Shown here piece after piece: positions 52,532-63,465 of a stretch of DNA of 64,000 nt. A program made the translations under genes and the position numbers. The DNA comes from a virus: the IMG/VR virus record IMGVR_UViG_3300033153_010326, positions 1 through 64,000 of that record; one strand, written 5' to 3'. How positions within the stretch are numbered: the first letter of the stretch is position 1; the number at the start of each line of letters is the position of its first letter. Under the pieces are notes generated by a model that worked only from the letters and a program-made list of their open reading frames with translations, was not told the DNA's origin and did not search any database.

Positions 52532-53534
52532 AGTAGTAAGGAGAATATAATGACTGATGAACAGATACTTAAAGAGGTTATAAATAAAGTAGTTAAGAAT
52601 GGATTAAAAGAAATAAATGGACTTCCCTATAATAAAGAATGTTTTTATAAGCCACATAAGAAGTTTCAGCAAATAGCTTTTGAGAATTTAGCAAAAGAGT
52701 TGCTTAGAAATAATAATTATATAAAGTTTATTTTTTCTTCTGAATTTGCAAAAATTTATTGGGGTGAAAATATTCCTATTAGAGAAGTAGGAAAAGGAGA
52801 TAAAATTGTAGGTTATGATATACCAAAAAAAGGCAGATTAAAATATTGGCAATATTATCAACATAAAATGTTAGATGAAATACAAGCTGGAAGAAATCTT
52901 TTAAAATATTTGGAGAAATTTTTATGAAAACGAGTTATTTAATTACTATTCCCTTTAGAATTATAGCAACTCTTTTTATATTAATAGTATCTATAATGTC
53001 AATACCAAACATGTTTTTAAATATTTTTTTAAGAGAAATGGAAATTATTTGGAGAAATAAATAATGAAAATTACTTCGCTTAAAGTAAAAAAGAAAGTCC
53101 GATTAGCAAGTATAAAAAGACTTAAAAATAATATAAAGGAAGTTGTTCATAATTGTCTTCTTGATATAGAAAAATATATTGTGGAAGATGTTATGAAATG
53201 TTTGAAAAAGGATGGAATTATTTATGCGAAAAACACGAAGAAAAATAGAAAGAAAAATACGAGGTGAAATAAGTAAACCTAAAAAGAGAAAGAATTGTAT
53301 ATTAAAACATTTAGATTCTTCAATAACAAATAGGTTTACTCGGATTCAATCTTATCTTATATTAATAGTAGATACTTTATTTATGATAATTTGTGCATAT
53401 TGGGCTTATTATGAAATATTTGTAAGGAGATAAATTGAAAAAATTAACTAAAAAACAAATAAATAAATGTAAACAACATTTGAAAATGAAGATGAAATTT
53501 GTATAAATTATATAGTTACAGGGATAGATAAAAA

Positions 53535-53816
53535 ATGAAAAAGAAAAATAAAGGTAGAGATTTTGAAGAAAAAATTAGGAAAACTATCGCAAGCGGAAAC
53601 TTATGGTTTGATAAGGGAGATATAAATACAGAAAATTTTTTAATTGAAACTAAATATACAGATAAAAAAAGTTTTAGAATCACTGAACAAATAATTAATA
53701 AAATATGGAATGATGCTCTCGATAGTAACAGACTTCCTCGCATAGTTATAGGTATACCAAAGAACGAAAGAGAACTATTTGTATTGACATGTAATATCCA
53801 TGTTATTAAAAAATAG
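53535..53816 (+). CDS. Hjc-like PD-(D/E)XK nuclease / Holliday junction resolvase
   Basis: KGRDFE ... KGDI ... LIETK. Confidence 0.7.
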   Translation: MKKKNKGRDFEEKIRKTIASGNLWFDKGDINTENFLIETKYTDKKSFRITEQIINKIWNDALDSNRLPRIVIGIPKNERELFVLTCNIHVIKK

Positions 53817-53825
53817 GAGATAAAA

Positions 53826-54848
53826 ATGAAAATTGCAAATAAGAAATTGTTCATAGAACTTTATAATTCAGGTAAAAGTGATTGTGAAATTTCTCAATTA
53901 TTAGAAATAGGAGAAAGAACAGTTTCTAGATATGCTCAAAATTTAAGAGCAAAAAACCAAATTAAATCTAGAAAAGAATTGCAAATTAATTCTAAAGTGA
54001 ATTTAGATAAAGTTAAGGACATAGATATAGAAAAAAATTTAAAACAAGCTCAAACAGATTGGAAAATACCAAAAGGAACTAAAAAAACAGATTCTATAGA
54101 TACTTTTAAAAAATGGCTTTATGTAGCAGACCAACATGTACCTGAACATAATGTTCCTGCTAATAGAGCTATTCATAAATTAATGGATGATATTAAATTT
54201 GATGGATTTCGTATTGTAGGAGATTTTATGGATATGTCTCCGATTTCTCATTGGAACGAGCATAAACGCAAAACTCTTGAAACACAAAGATTAAAGGAGC
54301 ATTATATAATAGGTAATGTTCTTTTGGATGAATATGATAAAAGATTACCTAAAAATTGCAATAAAGGTTATTTTTGGGGAAATCATGAGAATTGGTATAA
54401 TGATTTAATAGAAAAACTTCCAGTATTAGAAGGAATGTTAAATCCTACAGAAGAGCTTCGTCTAATAGAAAGAAATTATAAAGTTTATGAAAATCAAAAT
54501 CATATTGAAAGAATAGGCAGACTTTCAGTAACACATGGAGTATATGCTAATGTTCATGCAGTAAAAAAGCATATTGACGAATTTAAAACCAATGTAATGT
54601 TTTTTCATACTCATAGAATAGGTTCAAGGTCTTCAAGTTCTCCTGCTAAAGAAATAGCTATTATAGGATATAATGTAGGATGTTTATGTGATAAGAATCC
54701 TGATTATCTTAGAAATAGACCTAATAAATGGAGTCTTGGTTTTGCTATTGTTTATTATTTACCAAATGGATTCTTTTTTGTCCAAAATATAAGAATTATT
54801 AAAGGAAAATTTATATATAATAATAAACTTTACGATGGGAATATATAG
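53826..54848 (+). CDS. calcineurin-like metallophosphoesterase with N-terminal HTH
   Basis: DQH, GDFMD, GNHE, THG, HTHR. Confidence 0.85.
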   Translation: MKIANKKLFIELYNSGKSDCEISQLLEIGERTVSRYAQNLRAKNQIKSRKELQINSKVNLDKVKDIDIEKNLKQAQTDWKIPKGTKKTDSIDTFKKWLYVADQHVPEHNVPANRAIHKLMDDIKFDGFRIVGDFMDMSPISHWNEHKRKTLETQRLKEHYIIGNVLLDEYDKRLPKNCNKGYFWGNHENWYNDLIEKLPVLEGMLNPTEELRLIERNYKVYENQNHIERIGRLSVTHGVYANVHAVKKHIDEFKTNVMFFHTHRIGSRSSSSPAKEIAIIGYNVGCLCDKNPDYLRNRPNKWSLGFAIVYYLPNGFFFVQNIRIIKGKFIYNNKLYDGNI

Positions 54849-55416
54849 AAAATAAAGGAGGATAATTATGAAACTACATGTAGAGAATATATTATCACCT
54901 TACTATACTATAACTGATAAAAAATCAGGAAAAAGGATTCCTTTCTGTGTTTGGGCAAATGATAAGCAGGGAGTTTATAACTGTTATAAAACAGATAAAA
55001 ATAAAAAAGTTGTTGTAAATAAAGAAAACAAAGTTGTAACCGAAACAATAAATAAACCTATTAAGATTATTAGAAATTGTTCATGGATTTATATGTTTTT
55101 TAATTCTATGGTAAGAATTTTTAACCAATTAAGATTACTTAAAAAAATTGAAAGGAGAAAGAAAAAATGTCTAAACCTTACCCCAAGTATGAAAAAGTAG
55201 ACAAAGATACCATAAAAATAATAATGGAAAGAGTACAAGATGTTCCAATACAAAGAATATTAAACAATAGGGAAGTATTGCTGGCTCAAAAAGCAGAGAT
55301 AGAAAAACAATTAGAAAATATTGCTGAAATTATTAAAACAGCTAAAAAATTAGGTATAGATACTACTCTTAAACTTAAACAAGAAGATAAGAACTTTAAA
55401 AAAGGAGGAAATAAAA

Positions 55417-56040
55417 ATGGGAAAGAAAATAGATAAAAATATGAATTTACATATTAAAATTGCTAAAGGTATAAAAGAACCTATTAATGTTTATACTATT
55501 CCAGAATATTTAAGAGAAAATGCTTTTATAAAAGAGGCAACTCCAGAGTCTCGAAGTTATATTATAGAAGCTAAAAAAGTTACTTATATAGATGGTGATG
55601 GTCGTTTAAGTAGAGTTAAAGCAGATTATTATGGAGATTGTGAAATTCCTTTTTCTGGATTGAATTCTAATTTAGAATATATGTCTATAGAAGGGGTGCT
55701 TAAAGGGAATAATGAAGAAGAATTAAACGAAATAAGAATAAAAATAGCAACAGTTATGGATGTAAAAGAAATAAATTTATTAAAATTATTAAGAAAGAAA
55801 ACTATTTTTTCTTGGATTTTTAGAAAGAAAGAAAACAGATATTTTATTTTTATAAAAAGAGGGGTTCCTAGAGAATTAGCAAAAAGTATGGGATTTTCTG
55901 AAAAAATTATGTTAAGAACTCCGATTGTTAATCCTTGTCCAGTTAGTATGTCAGATACAACAAAAGGAATAAAACCAAATACTTTAGCTTATGGAGTCTA
56001 TGGTTACGAATCTTACATTATGGCATTAGTTGAGGTATAA
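55417..56040 (+). CDS. internally deleted paralog of the major capsid protein
   Basis: Collinear similarity to 1870-2916 (DGDG..GD.EI.F.G.NS.LEY; LAYGV..YES..MA.V). Confidence 0.8.
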   Translation: MGKKIDKNMNLHIKIAKGIKEPINVYTIPEYLRENAFIKEATPESRSYIIEAKKVTYIDGDGRLSRVKADYYGDCEIPFSGLNSNLEYMSIEGVLKGNNEEELNEIRIKIATVMDVKEINLLKLLRKKTIFSWIFRKKENRYFIFIKRGVPRELAKSMGFSEKIMLRTPIVNPCPVSMSDTTKGIKPNTLAYGVYGYESYIMALVEV

Positions 56041-56293
56041 ATGACCAAAAAAACTTTTAAGATAAGAACTCCTATTTGGAAGACTATGAGCGTAGGATTA
56101 GCAGAATATAAGTTAGCTGATATGAATTATGTGGAGATTATATATAGAGCTAATTCTGGAAGAAAATTATTTCCAGATAAATATAGAATTTCTAAAGAGA
56201 AAGTTTTGAAGTATCCAACTCAGTTTGTAGGAGTAAATTTAAGAATTATTCCAATAGAAGATTTAGAAATTGTAAAAAAAAGGAGGAAATGAA

Positions 56294-56527
56294 ATGGGAA
56301 AGATTAATTATATAAGAGTATCGTCTGTAAAGGGACTTGTAAAGGAACTTGGTCGTAGAAGTGGTAAGGATTTTTTGGAAGAGTTAGATAGAGTAGTTGG
56401 AGAAATAGTAAAAAGAGCTTCTAAGAAAGAAAGTAAGAAGAAAACTTTAGATGCTTCAGATGTTAAAGTAATTGTAGATTCTATGGTAGTAGGAGTACCA
56501 GAAGAAATGGTTAAGGATTCTAAATAA
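56294..56527 (+). CDS. histone-fold protein
   Basis: I..S.VK.LVKE.G.R....F.E.L...V..IV..A......KKTL.A.DV matches the prokaryotic histone pattern. Confidence 0.7.
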   Translation: MGKINYIRVSSVKGLVKELGRRSGKDFLEELDRVVGEIVKRASKKESKKKTLDASDVKVIVDSMVVGVPEEMVKDSK

Positions 56528-56726
56528 TTAAATATTGAGGGAGTTATTTGTAAGCGACCTGACCCCTCCCTCAGTATTATTTTTGGAGGATAAAAAATGG
56601 CTAATAGAATAATTAGAATGAGAAAATGGAGAGCTTCTGGTCATAAGCATAAGAAGAATAAGAAGAGCGTAGCTGACAGAAAAATAATTAAGAATCTTCT
56701 TAAAAAACATACCATAAAGGAAGTTT

Positions 56727-58739
56727 ATGGAATATAAAAAAATCATCTTATCAAAATTGCTTATCTATTTAAAAAATAAAAAAGTAAAATTAAGTAGAGG
56801 TAATATAAAAACTTTAAAATGTCCCAAATGTGGTAAGACTGCTAATATTATTCCTAATGTTAATGAAATTAATTGTTTCGTTTGTAAGCCAAAGAAATTG
56901 TTAAATCGTTACTGGAATCTTATAGATATAGTAAGAATAATAGAAAAAGATAAAGAAAGTTGGGATGATGAAAAGATTTTACAATATTTAAAGGAATATT
57001 TAGATATTAAAGTTACTACAGAAAAAGATAATCAAGCTATTGAAGATATTTTAAATAAGTATCAAGAATGGGGATTTGATTTAGTACCTATACATGCTAA
57101 TGGTAAAGTTCCATTTGAAATAAAAGATTGGACTATTATACCTCATAAAGAAATATATGAATGGAAAAATTGGCTAAATGATGGTCTTAATATAGGAGTT
57201 AAAACTGGTAAGAGAAGTAATATAACCGCCATTGACATAGATGCTTTAACTAAAGAAGAAAAGAAAGAAATAAGAACAAAGAAAATTTCAAAAGAAAGAT
57301 TAGAAGAATTGATGCAATTAAGACAAGACAGATTAGATAAAGTTTATAAAGAAATGGGAGATATAGTAGGTAATCCTTTAGTACAACATAATCTTGGAGG
57401 TCATCATTTAATTTATCAATATGAAGAAGATATTCGCAAAACTTATATTAAGGTTCAAGATATTCATTTAGATATAGAAAATAATGGAGGTTATATTTTA
57501 CTTGCTCCTTCAAAAGTAGGTAACAATGATTCTAGAAGTTTTAAAGAAAATACAACACCACCTAAAATGCCTGACAAATTAAAACAATTTATATTATCAA
57601 AAATGAAACCTTCTAATAAAACTTATAGTGAAGGTATTATAGAGGATATAAAAACTGAAGATTTTAAAATAGACCCAAAGAAATTTATGTTAAAAAATAA
57701 TCAATTGGAAGGATGTTGTAATACTGAATTTATAAAACTTGGAGGGATTTTACGAAAGCAATTAAATATGAAACAAACAGGTTATGTTCTTAATGTTTTA
57801 AATAAACATATTTTAGAAAAACCAATGGAATCAAAAATGGTAAGAGCAATGTTACAAGAGTTAAATAAATATTCTCAATTTGACGAGACAGAATTAGCTC
57901 ATAAAATTTTAGAATATTTAAAAGATTGTGTAGAAGAAGCTGGTAGAATAGAAATAGCTATGGCAGTAGTTGGAACAAATAGAGGAGAAGATAAAAAGAG
58001 AGTAGATAAAGCTCTTCAGTATTTAATTAGAGAGAAGCAAATTGTAAGAAATGGCAAAGCTTATGAAATTATTGATGATTCGGAATGGACTGAAGAATTT
58101 ATGAATACAGGAATTCCTATAGATTTTAAGATGCCTTATTTTTATGATACTATGTATTTTCACGTCGGAGACCTTCTATTAATTGGAGCTTCTCCTGCAA
58201 TAGGCAAAACTCACATTTCAGTAAATATTATCAAACAATTAGTAGACCAAAATATTAAACCTTATTATGTATCATTGGAAGGAGGGAGTCGCTACGCAAA
58301 AATTGCGAAACAATTAGGATTAAAAGAAGGAGATTTTTCAATTAAAGAAACTTCTAATCCTAATAAAATAAAATTAAAAGATGGAGCAATAACTATTATA
58401 GATTGGATATGTCCTCGTAATTATGCAGAAACTGACAAAGTTTTACAAAATTTAGCTGACAAAGTAAGAGAAACTAAAGGAATATTAATAATTTTTGTTC
58501 AATTAAGAAAAAATGATACTTGGTTAGCTCCAGACCTTATTAATCAATTTCCATCATTTGCTTGTAGATATACTTATGATAAAGAAGATGATGGAGAATT
58601 TGGGAGATTTCATATAGATAAATTGAGAGATGCTAAAGTTAAAATTAAGAATCATAAAATACCTTGTAAGTATTCATGGGATACTAAATTATTTAAGAGG
58701 GTGGATGAATTAGATGAAGATATTAAAGAGACTGGTTAA
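56727..58739 (+). CDS. primase-polymerase / helicase fusion
   Basis: Zn finger; GKVP..W..NIGVKTG..IDID..GG.H..GGYI..APS Prim-Pol motifs; GASPAIGKT Walker A. Confidence 0.85.
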   Translation: MEYKKIILSKLLIYLKNKKVKLSRGNIKTLKCPKCGKTANIIPNVNEINCFVCKPKKLLNRYWNLIDIVRIIEKDKESWDDEKILQYLKEYLDIKVTTEKDNQAIEDILNKYQEWGFDLVPIHANGKVPFEIKDWTIIPHKEIYEWKNWLNDGLNIGVKTGKRSNITAIDIDALTKEEKKEIRTKKISKERLEELMQLRQDRLDKVYKEMGDIVGNPLVQHNLGGHHLIYQYEEDIRKTYIKVQDIHLDIENNGGYILLAPSKVGNNDSRSFKENTTPPKMPDKLKQFILSKMKPSNKTYSEGIIEDIKTEDFKIDPKKFMLKNNQLEGCCNTEFIKLGGILRKQLNMKQTGYVLNVLNKHILEKPMESKMVRAMLQELNKYSQFDETELAHKILEYLKDCVEEAGRIEIAMAVVGTNRGEDKKRVDKALQYLIREKQIVRNGKAYEIIDDSEWTEEFMNTGIPIDFKMPYFYDTMYFHVGDLLLIGASPAIGKTHISVNIIKQLVDQNIKPYYVSLEGGSRYAKIAKQLGLKEGDFSIKETSNPNKIKLKDGAITIIDWICPRNYAETDKVLQNLADKVRETKGILIIFVQLRKNDTWLAPDLINQFPSFACRYTYDKEDDGEFGRFHIDKLRDAKVKIKNHKIPCKYSWDTKLFKRVDELDEDIKETG

Positions 58740-58953
58740 GAATTGGGTTTGGGTATTAATATTTATGTTTTATGGTAGTATAATAGGATTGTTGATTTTA
58801 GAAAATATAGGAGTATTTAAATCATGAAAATTATAGCTTATTGGTTAGCAAAATCATGTAGGAAATTTAAATTTAAAATAGAATATTATAAACATATGAG
58901 AACAATAGAAATAACTTTGCCTCTGTGGAATATTCTTATTTTTTGGGGGAAAG

Positions 58954-59544
58954 ATGTATATTAAAAAAATAAAAAAATCTAATGTGGAAACTTTCTTAGG
59001 TGTAAAGCTAAAAGATAATATGGTTGCTCTTGGAGCAGATACAGCAGTTTATCATACAGCATTTGCAATTATTAGAACTACTGATACTTATTTAATTTTA
59101 GAAAGTTTAGAAAAAATCGAAGTTCCTAAATTAGCTAAAAAATCTACTATAGAACAAAGATTGAAAAATTTAGATTTATACACCGAACAGTTAGATGACC
59201 TAAAAAACAAATGGTCAAAATTATATAAATTTGATTATACAAAAATCGAGGACTGTTATTATGCTTTTAGCGTTTTGACAACTAAATCTCTAGCTTATAA
59301 TTCTATCCTAACTTATGATAGATTAAAACGAATTTCTACATATACAACTTTAATAATGCCAAATTCGGCTAGAGCTAAAATTAAATTTAAGAAATCTAAA
59401 AAGAAAATGACTAAAATTGAATTTAAGAATGAAATTATAGATTATGTAAATTTAGCTTTGGGATTAGAAATTACTAATAATGATGAAGCAGACAGTATCA
59501 TATTAGCATTAGCTGGATTAGTGGAGGGATATTATGGGAAATAA
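58954..59544 (+). CDS. RuvC-like resolvase
   Basis: LGADTA..HTAFA, IED, NNDEADS. Confidence 0.75.
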   Translation: MYIKKIKKSNVETFLGVKLKDNMVALGADTAVYHTAFAIIRTTDTYLILESLEKIEVPKLAKKSTIEQRLKNLDLYTEQLDDLKNKWSKLYKFDYTKIEDCYYAFSVLTTKSLAYNSILTYDRLKRISTYTTLIMPNSARAKIKFKKSKKKMTKIEFKNEIIDYVNLALGLEITNNDEADSIILALAGLVEGYYGK

Positions 59545-59705
59545 ATTTTATAAAAAATTAGAAAAAATTAAAGGAAAAGTATTAAAAGATATTAGAACTG
59601 GATGGTCAGGAGCAGAAATAGAATTAGAGTTTGAAGATGGAACTATAGCGGAGTTAAGTATATTAAGATACCCTGATGGTACTATTAGTGAAAAAATATT
59701 AGAAA

Positions 59706-60680
59706 TTGAGGAAAATAATGGCAAATAAAGACCTAGATAAAAAATTATCAGACTTAGAAAAGAATTTTGGATTAGTTAGAGGCTCTTCTAATGATAAACT
59801 ATATGAGACTATTAGAGTAGGAATTTATGCACTGGATTATGTAATTGGAGGAATAAAGGTAGTTGAGGGTGGACACAAAGTTGAGTTTTACGGGAATGAA
59901 TCTAGTGGAAAAACTACGTTTTTATTAAAGACTGTAGCCAAATATCAATCTTTAGGTAAAATTTGTGTTTGGATAGTTTCTGAAAGTTTTGATGAAAATT
60001 GGGCTAAACAAATGGGAGTAGATGTAGATAAACTTTTAAGATTTTTTCCTGATTCAGTAGAACATGCTTGTGATAAAATTCTAGATTTAATACCTGAAGT
60101 AGACCTTATTGCAGTAGATAGTGTAGCTTCTTTAGTACCTGAAGCAGAATTAAAAGGAACATTAAGCGATAAAACTAGAGGAGCACAAGCAAAAGCTTAT
60201 TCAGAATTTACTAGAAAATTATATAAAAAAATTGCTCATGAAACTACAACTCTTATTTTTATTAATCAAATTCGGGAAAAGATGAATGTGATGTGGGGGA
60301 ATCCAGAGGACACCCCTTGCGGTAGAGCATTAAAATTTATGTATGATACTAGAGTGATATTTAAAATTGGTAAACCTATAGATGTAGGACAAGGGAAAGA
60401 TAAGGTTAGAATTGGAACGGAATTAAAAATACATGGATATAAAAATAAAAGAGGGGTTTCTAAACGTACTGCCTACATTAATTTTTTCTTCGAGGATGGA
60501 GAAATAGAAAATGATATAAGTTTACTTCATGCTGGTATTAAATATTCTGTTATAGAATTTACTGGTCAAACTTATAAATTTGGAGATAAGAAAGCTAGGG
60601 GGAAAGATAAATTTATGAAAATCATGACAGACAAGGATTGGAATAAAGTGGAGGAATTAGTATGGAAAAGACTAAAATAA
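59706..60680 (+). CDS. recA: RecA/UvsX-like recombinase
   Basis: GNESSGKTT, VDSVA.LVP.AE, IFINQIR, TP.GRALKF. Confidence 0.9.
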   Translation: MRKIMANKDLDKKLSDLEKNFGLVRGSSNDKLYETIRVGIYALDYVIGGIKVVEGGHKVEFYGNESSGKTTFLLKTVAKYQSLGKICVWIVSESFDENWAKQMGVDVDKLLRFFPDSVEHACDKILDLIPEVDLIAVDSVASLVPEAELKGTLSDKTRGAQAKAYSEFTRKLYKKIAHETTTLIFINQIREKMNVMWGNPEDTPCGRALKFMYDTRVIFKIGKPIDVGQGKDKVRIGTELKIHGYKNKRGVSKRTAYINFFFEDGEIENDISLLHAGIKYSVIEFTGQTYKFGDKKARGKDKFMKIMTDKDWNKVEELVWKRLK

Positions 60681-61852
60681 AAAAGATTCCTGATAGATGG
60701 TATCATAGAGTCAAAGGATGGAAATATAGTAGGGATTGTAAATGTTATTATAGGTCAGATTTTCAAAGTCCTCCTTTTATGTATTGTTTAGGAAATAGAA
60801 TGATACATGCTGATTATGGTTATGATAGTTATGGAATTTATTGGACAGGTTCTACAAGTGAAGCTTGGCATGGGGGGTATAGAGGTAATGATTTAGGAAA
60901 AGCTATAAGATGGGTAAGAGGAGCTAGACATAAAAAATTAGGTTGTTATTTATGGGGAGATAAATATGAAAAATAAAACAGTAGAATGTTATTGTTGTCA
61001 TAAAGAATACGAACTTAAAGATATTACAAAAATTTATGCTGGAAAAGATGAATATAGATTTGTATGTAAAGGATGTAATAATTTAAAAGATATACCAATA
61101 GGAATAATAGGAGACAAATAAATGAAAGAATATTATTGGGTTTCTACTTCATTTGCAACATCCATGATAACTATAGAAGAAGGAATTATTATAGATTCAG
61201 CACCAGTATGGAGAGAGTTTATAGAAACTAATTTTAATAAATTTTTAGAATGGTTAGAACAAAAAGGAGAAGTTAAATGGAAACAAATAGGATAGAAAGA
61301 ATTATTGAAGGTTTAAAATTAATAAATTCTAAAGCGGAAGTAATATTAAGAAGAGAAGTTATGGAAGCTGATTGTTTAAATTTTTCTGAATTAGCTGATA
61401 AAATGTCAAATCATATTAAAAATATTTGTAATCAATTAATTAAGGAAATTAAAAATGGAAACAAATAGGATAGAAAAAAGAGCTAAAGAAATTTTAGCAG
61501 AATTTCCTCAAATAAAAGAACAACCTGTTTCTATAAGTGGAAACTTCCATTTAGGAGAGACCATAGAACAACATTTAGAAAGATGTAAACAGAAACCTAA
61601 TCTAGAGAAAGCAAATAAATTTCTTTTAGATATTAGAAAGGAGAATTGGTAACATGAAAATAATATTAGAATATGAAGGCAATGGAGAATTAAGAAGAAG
61701 AGTTCAAATAGATACAGATGCAGAATCAATTCATAATGTTATGAATGAAATTGAAAATGCTTTGATTGCTTATGGATTTCATCCAGATACTGTAAAAGAT
61801 GGGTTTTTAGGAAAAGCGGAACAAATAGAAAATAACAAAGAAGGAGAAAAAA

Positions 61853-62305
61853 GTGGATTATAAAAAACTAGAAAAATATTTTAAAGAAGAAGAAACTTTA
61901 GAAGAAGCTTTAGATTATTTAGAGAAGCCTATTAAAAAGGTTACTTATTGGGCTAATCTATTTCAAAAAGGAATTGTTCATGATAATCCTGAAGAAATTA
62001 ATAAAGCTATAATAGAATTAGCTGGAGCATATTCAGATTTAAGAATTGCTTTAGGATTGGCAAATTATTATAAGAAACATAAAGAATTAGAAAGATATAT
62101 GGAAATAAAAACTGAAATAGAGAACGAAGGAGAAAAAAAATTCGTTTCCGCTTCAGCAGAAAAAGAAGCTCAAAAAGATACCATGCCTTATCGTAGAGTT
62201 AGAAATATTATAAGAGCACATAAAGAATCTGCTGATAAAAGTATAACCGCTTTACAAAATGTTAATAATAATTTAGATAAAGAAATGAGAAAGAATCCTG
62301 AATAA
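61853..62305 (+). CDS. possible UvsY-like recombination mediator
   Basis: Helical protein near RecA; weak pattern only. Confidence 0.3.
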   Translation: MDYKKLEKYFKEEETLEEALDYLEKPIKKVTYWANLFQKGIVHDNPEEINKAIIELAGAYSDLRIALGLANYYKKHKELERYMEIKTEIENEGEKKFVSASAEKEAQKDTMPYRRVRNIIRAHKESADKSITALQNVNNNLDKEMRKNPE

Positions 62306-62886
62306 TAAGGAGAAAGATTTATGGATAAAAGGCAGAAGGAAATAGTAGAGGATAGGATTAAACTTTTGGGCGAACTCAAACCTTCAATAAAAGAGGACAA
62401 AGATGAAGCAGATGCCCTTAAGAGTTTGCTTGCTGAGGTAGACAGTATCAAAGCAGAACGAGATGAATTAGCATGTGATACAACTGCTGTAATCAAGCTT
62501 CTTGAAGAACAACTCGCCCAAGCTAAGGCAGAGGTGGAGAGGTTGAAGAAGATGGCATACGAAGGAAGTGAGTGGGAAAAACTTAGCTTGGGTTGGAGTA
62601 AGAAATATCATAATTGCCTAGCCGAACTCTTTAAGGCTAAAGAGGCTTTAGAAGTCAAATTCGGTATGTGGTTATGTCCTACTTGCGGAAGAGGCGCCCC
62701 GAGTGGAAGAAATTGTCATAATTGTCTTGAACTAGAGATAGCTCGTATCAAGGGTATAACGGTGGAAGAGTGGATAACAATAGTAGAAACTACTCGTAAA
62801 AGAATATTGGATGGAACAATGGTAGGAGAATTATTTTCAGATGTAATAGCCACAGCCATAGTTGAAAAGATACAAGGAGGTAAATA

Positions 62887-63366
62887 ATGAAAGATTCTAG
62901 TAATATTTTTAAGGTGTGGGGGACTCGCAATAGAATTCTTTTAACAGATACTTGTGAAATAGATTACCTTAAACTTAAAGCTAATACCTATTGCTCCCAA
63001 CATACACATGAAAATAAAATAAATTTATTTTATGTATTAAAAGGTAAGGTTAGAATTGAGAGTGAATTTGGTAAAGTAGTTTTACAAAAAGGGCAGGGAT
63101 TTGAAGTAAGCCCTCCTTTAAAACATAGATTCGTGGTTTTGGTAGATTCTGAAATGGTAGAAATCGCATTTGTAAATAAAGGAAAAATTGATGCTAATGA
63201 TATTAAAAGAGAAAAACAAGGTGGTAGAATAATTAAAGGTAAATATATAGGTATACCTGAATTAAGAAAACAAGGTTATTTAGAATTAGATAATACAGAT
63301 TCTCAACCTTCTACTGAAGGTAAACCTACAATAATTAAACTTGGAGAACAAAAAGATGTTAATTAA
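62887..63366 (+). CDS. cupin-domain protein
   Basis: KVWG..CSQHTH..K...FYVLKG...V.P...HRF. Confidence 0.75.
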   Translation: MKDSSNIFKVWGTRNRILLTDTCEIDYLKLKANTYCSQHTHENKINLFYVLKGKVRIESEFGKVVLQKGQGFEVSPPLKHRFVVLVDSEMVEIAFVNKGKIDANDIKREKQGGRIIKGKYIGIPELRKQGYLELDNTDSQPSTEGKPTIIKLGEQKDVN

Positions 63367-63465
63367 ATATTGTAATTGTAAAAAACCAGCTTTAGCAGGG
63401 ATGCTTACTAAGAATAAAGAACAACAATGTGCTAAGTGTGGAAAAATTATTAAAAAGAGGATAAA

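Noticed and set aside
6701-62496. short antisense ORFs in the track (e.g. 6701, 7533, 14818, 18430, 40151, 44785, 53516, 62188) and the alternate-frame ORF at 37605
   Set aside because: They overlap well-supported genes, lack RBSs and are shadows of biased codon usage or repeats.
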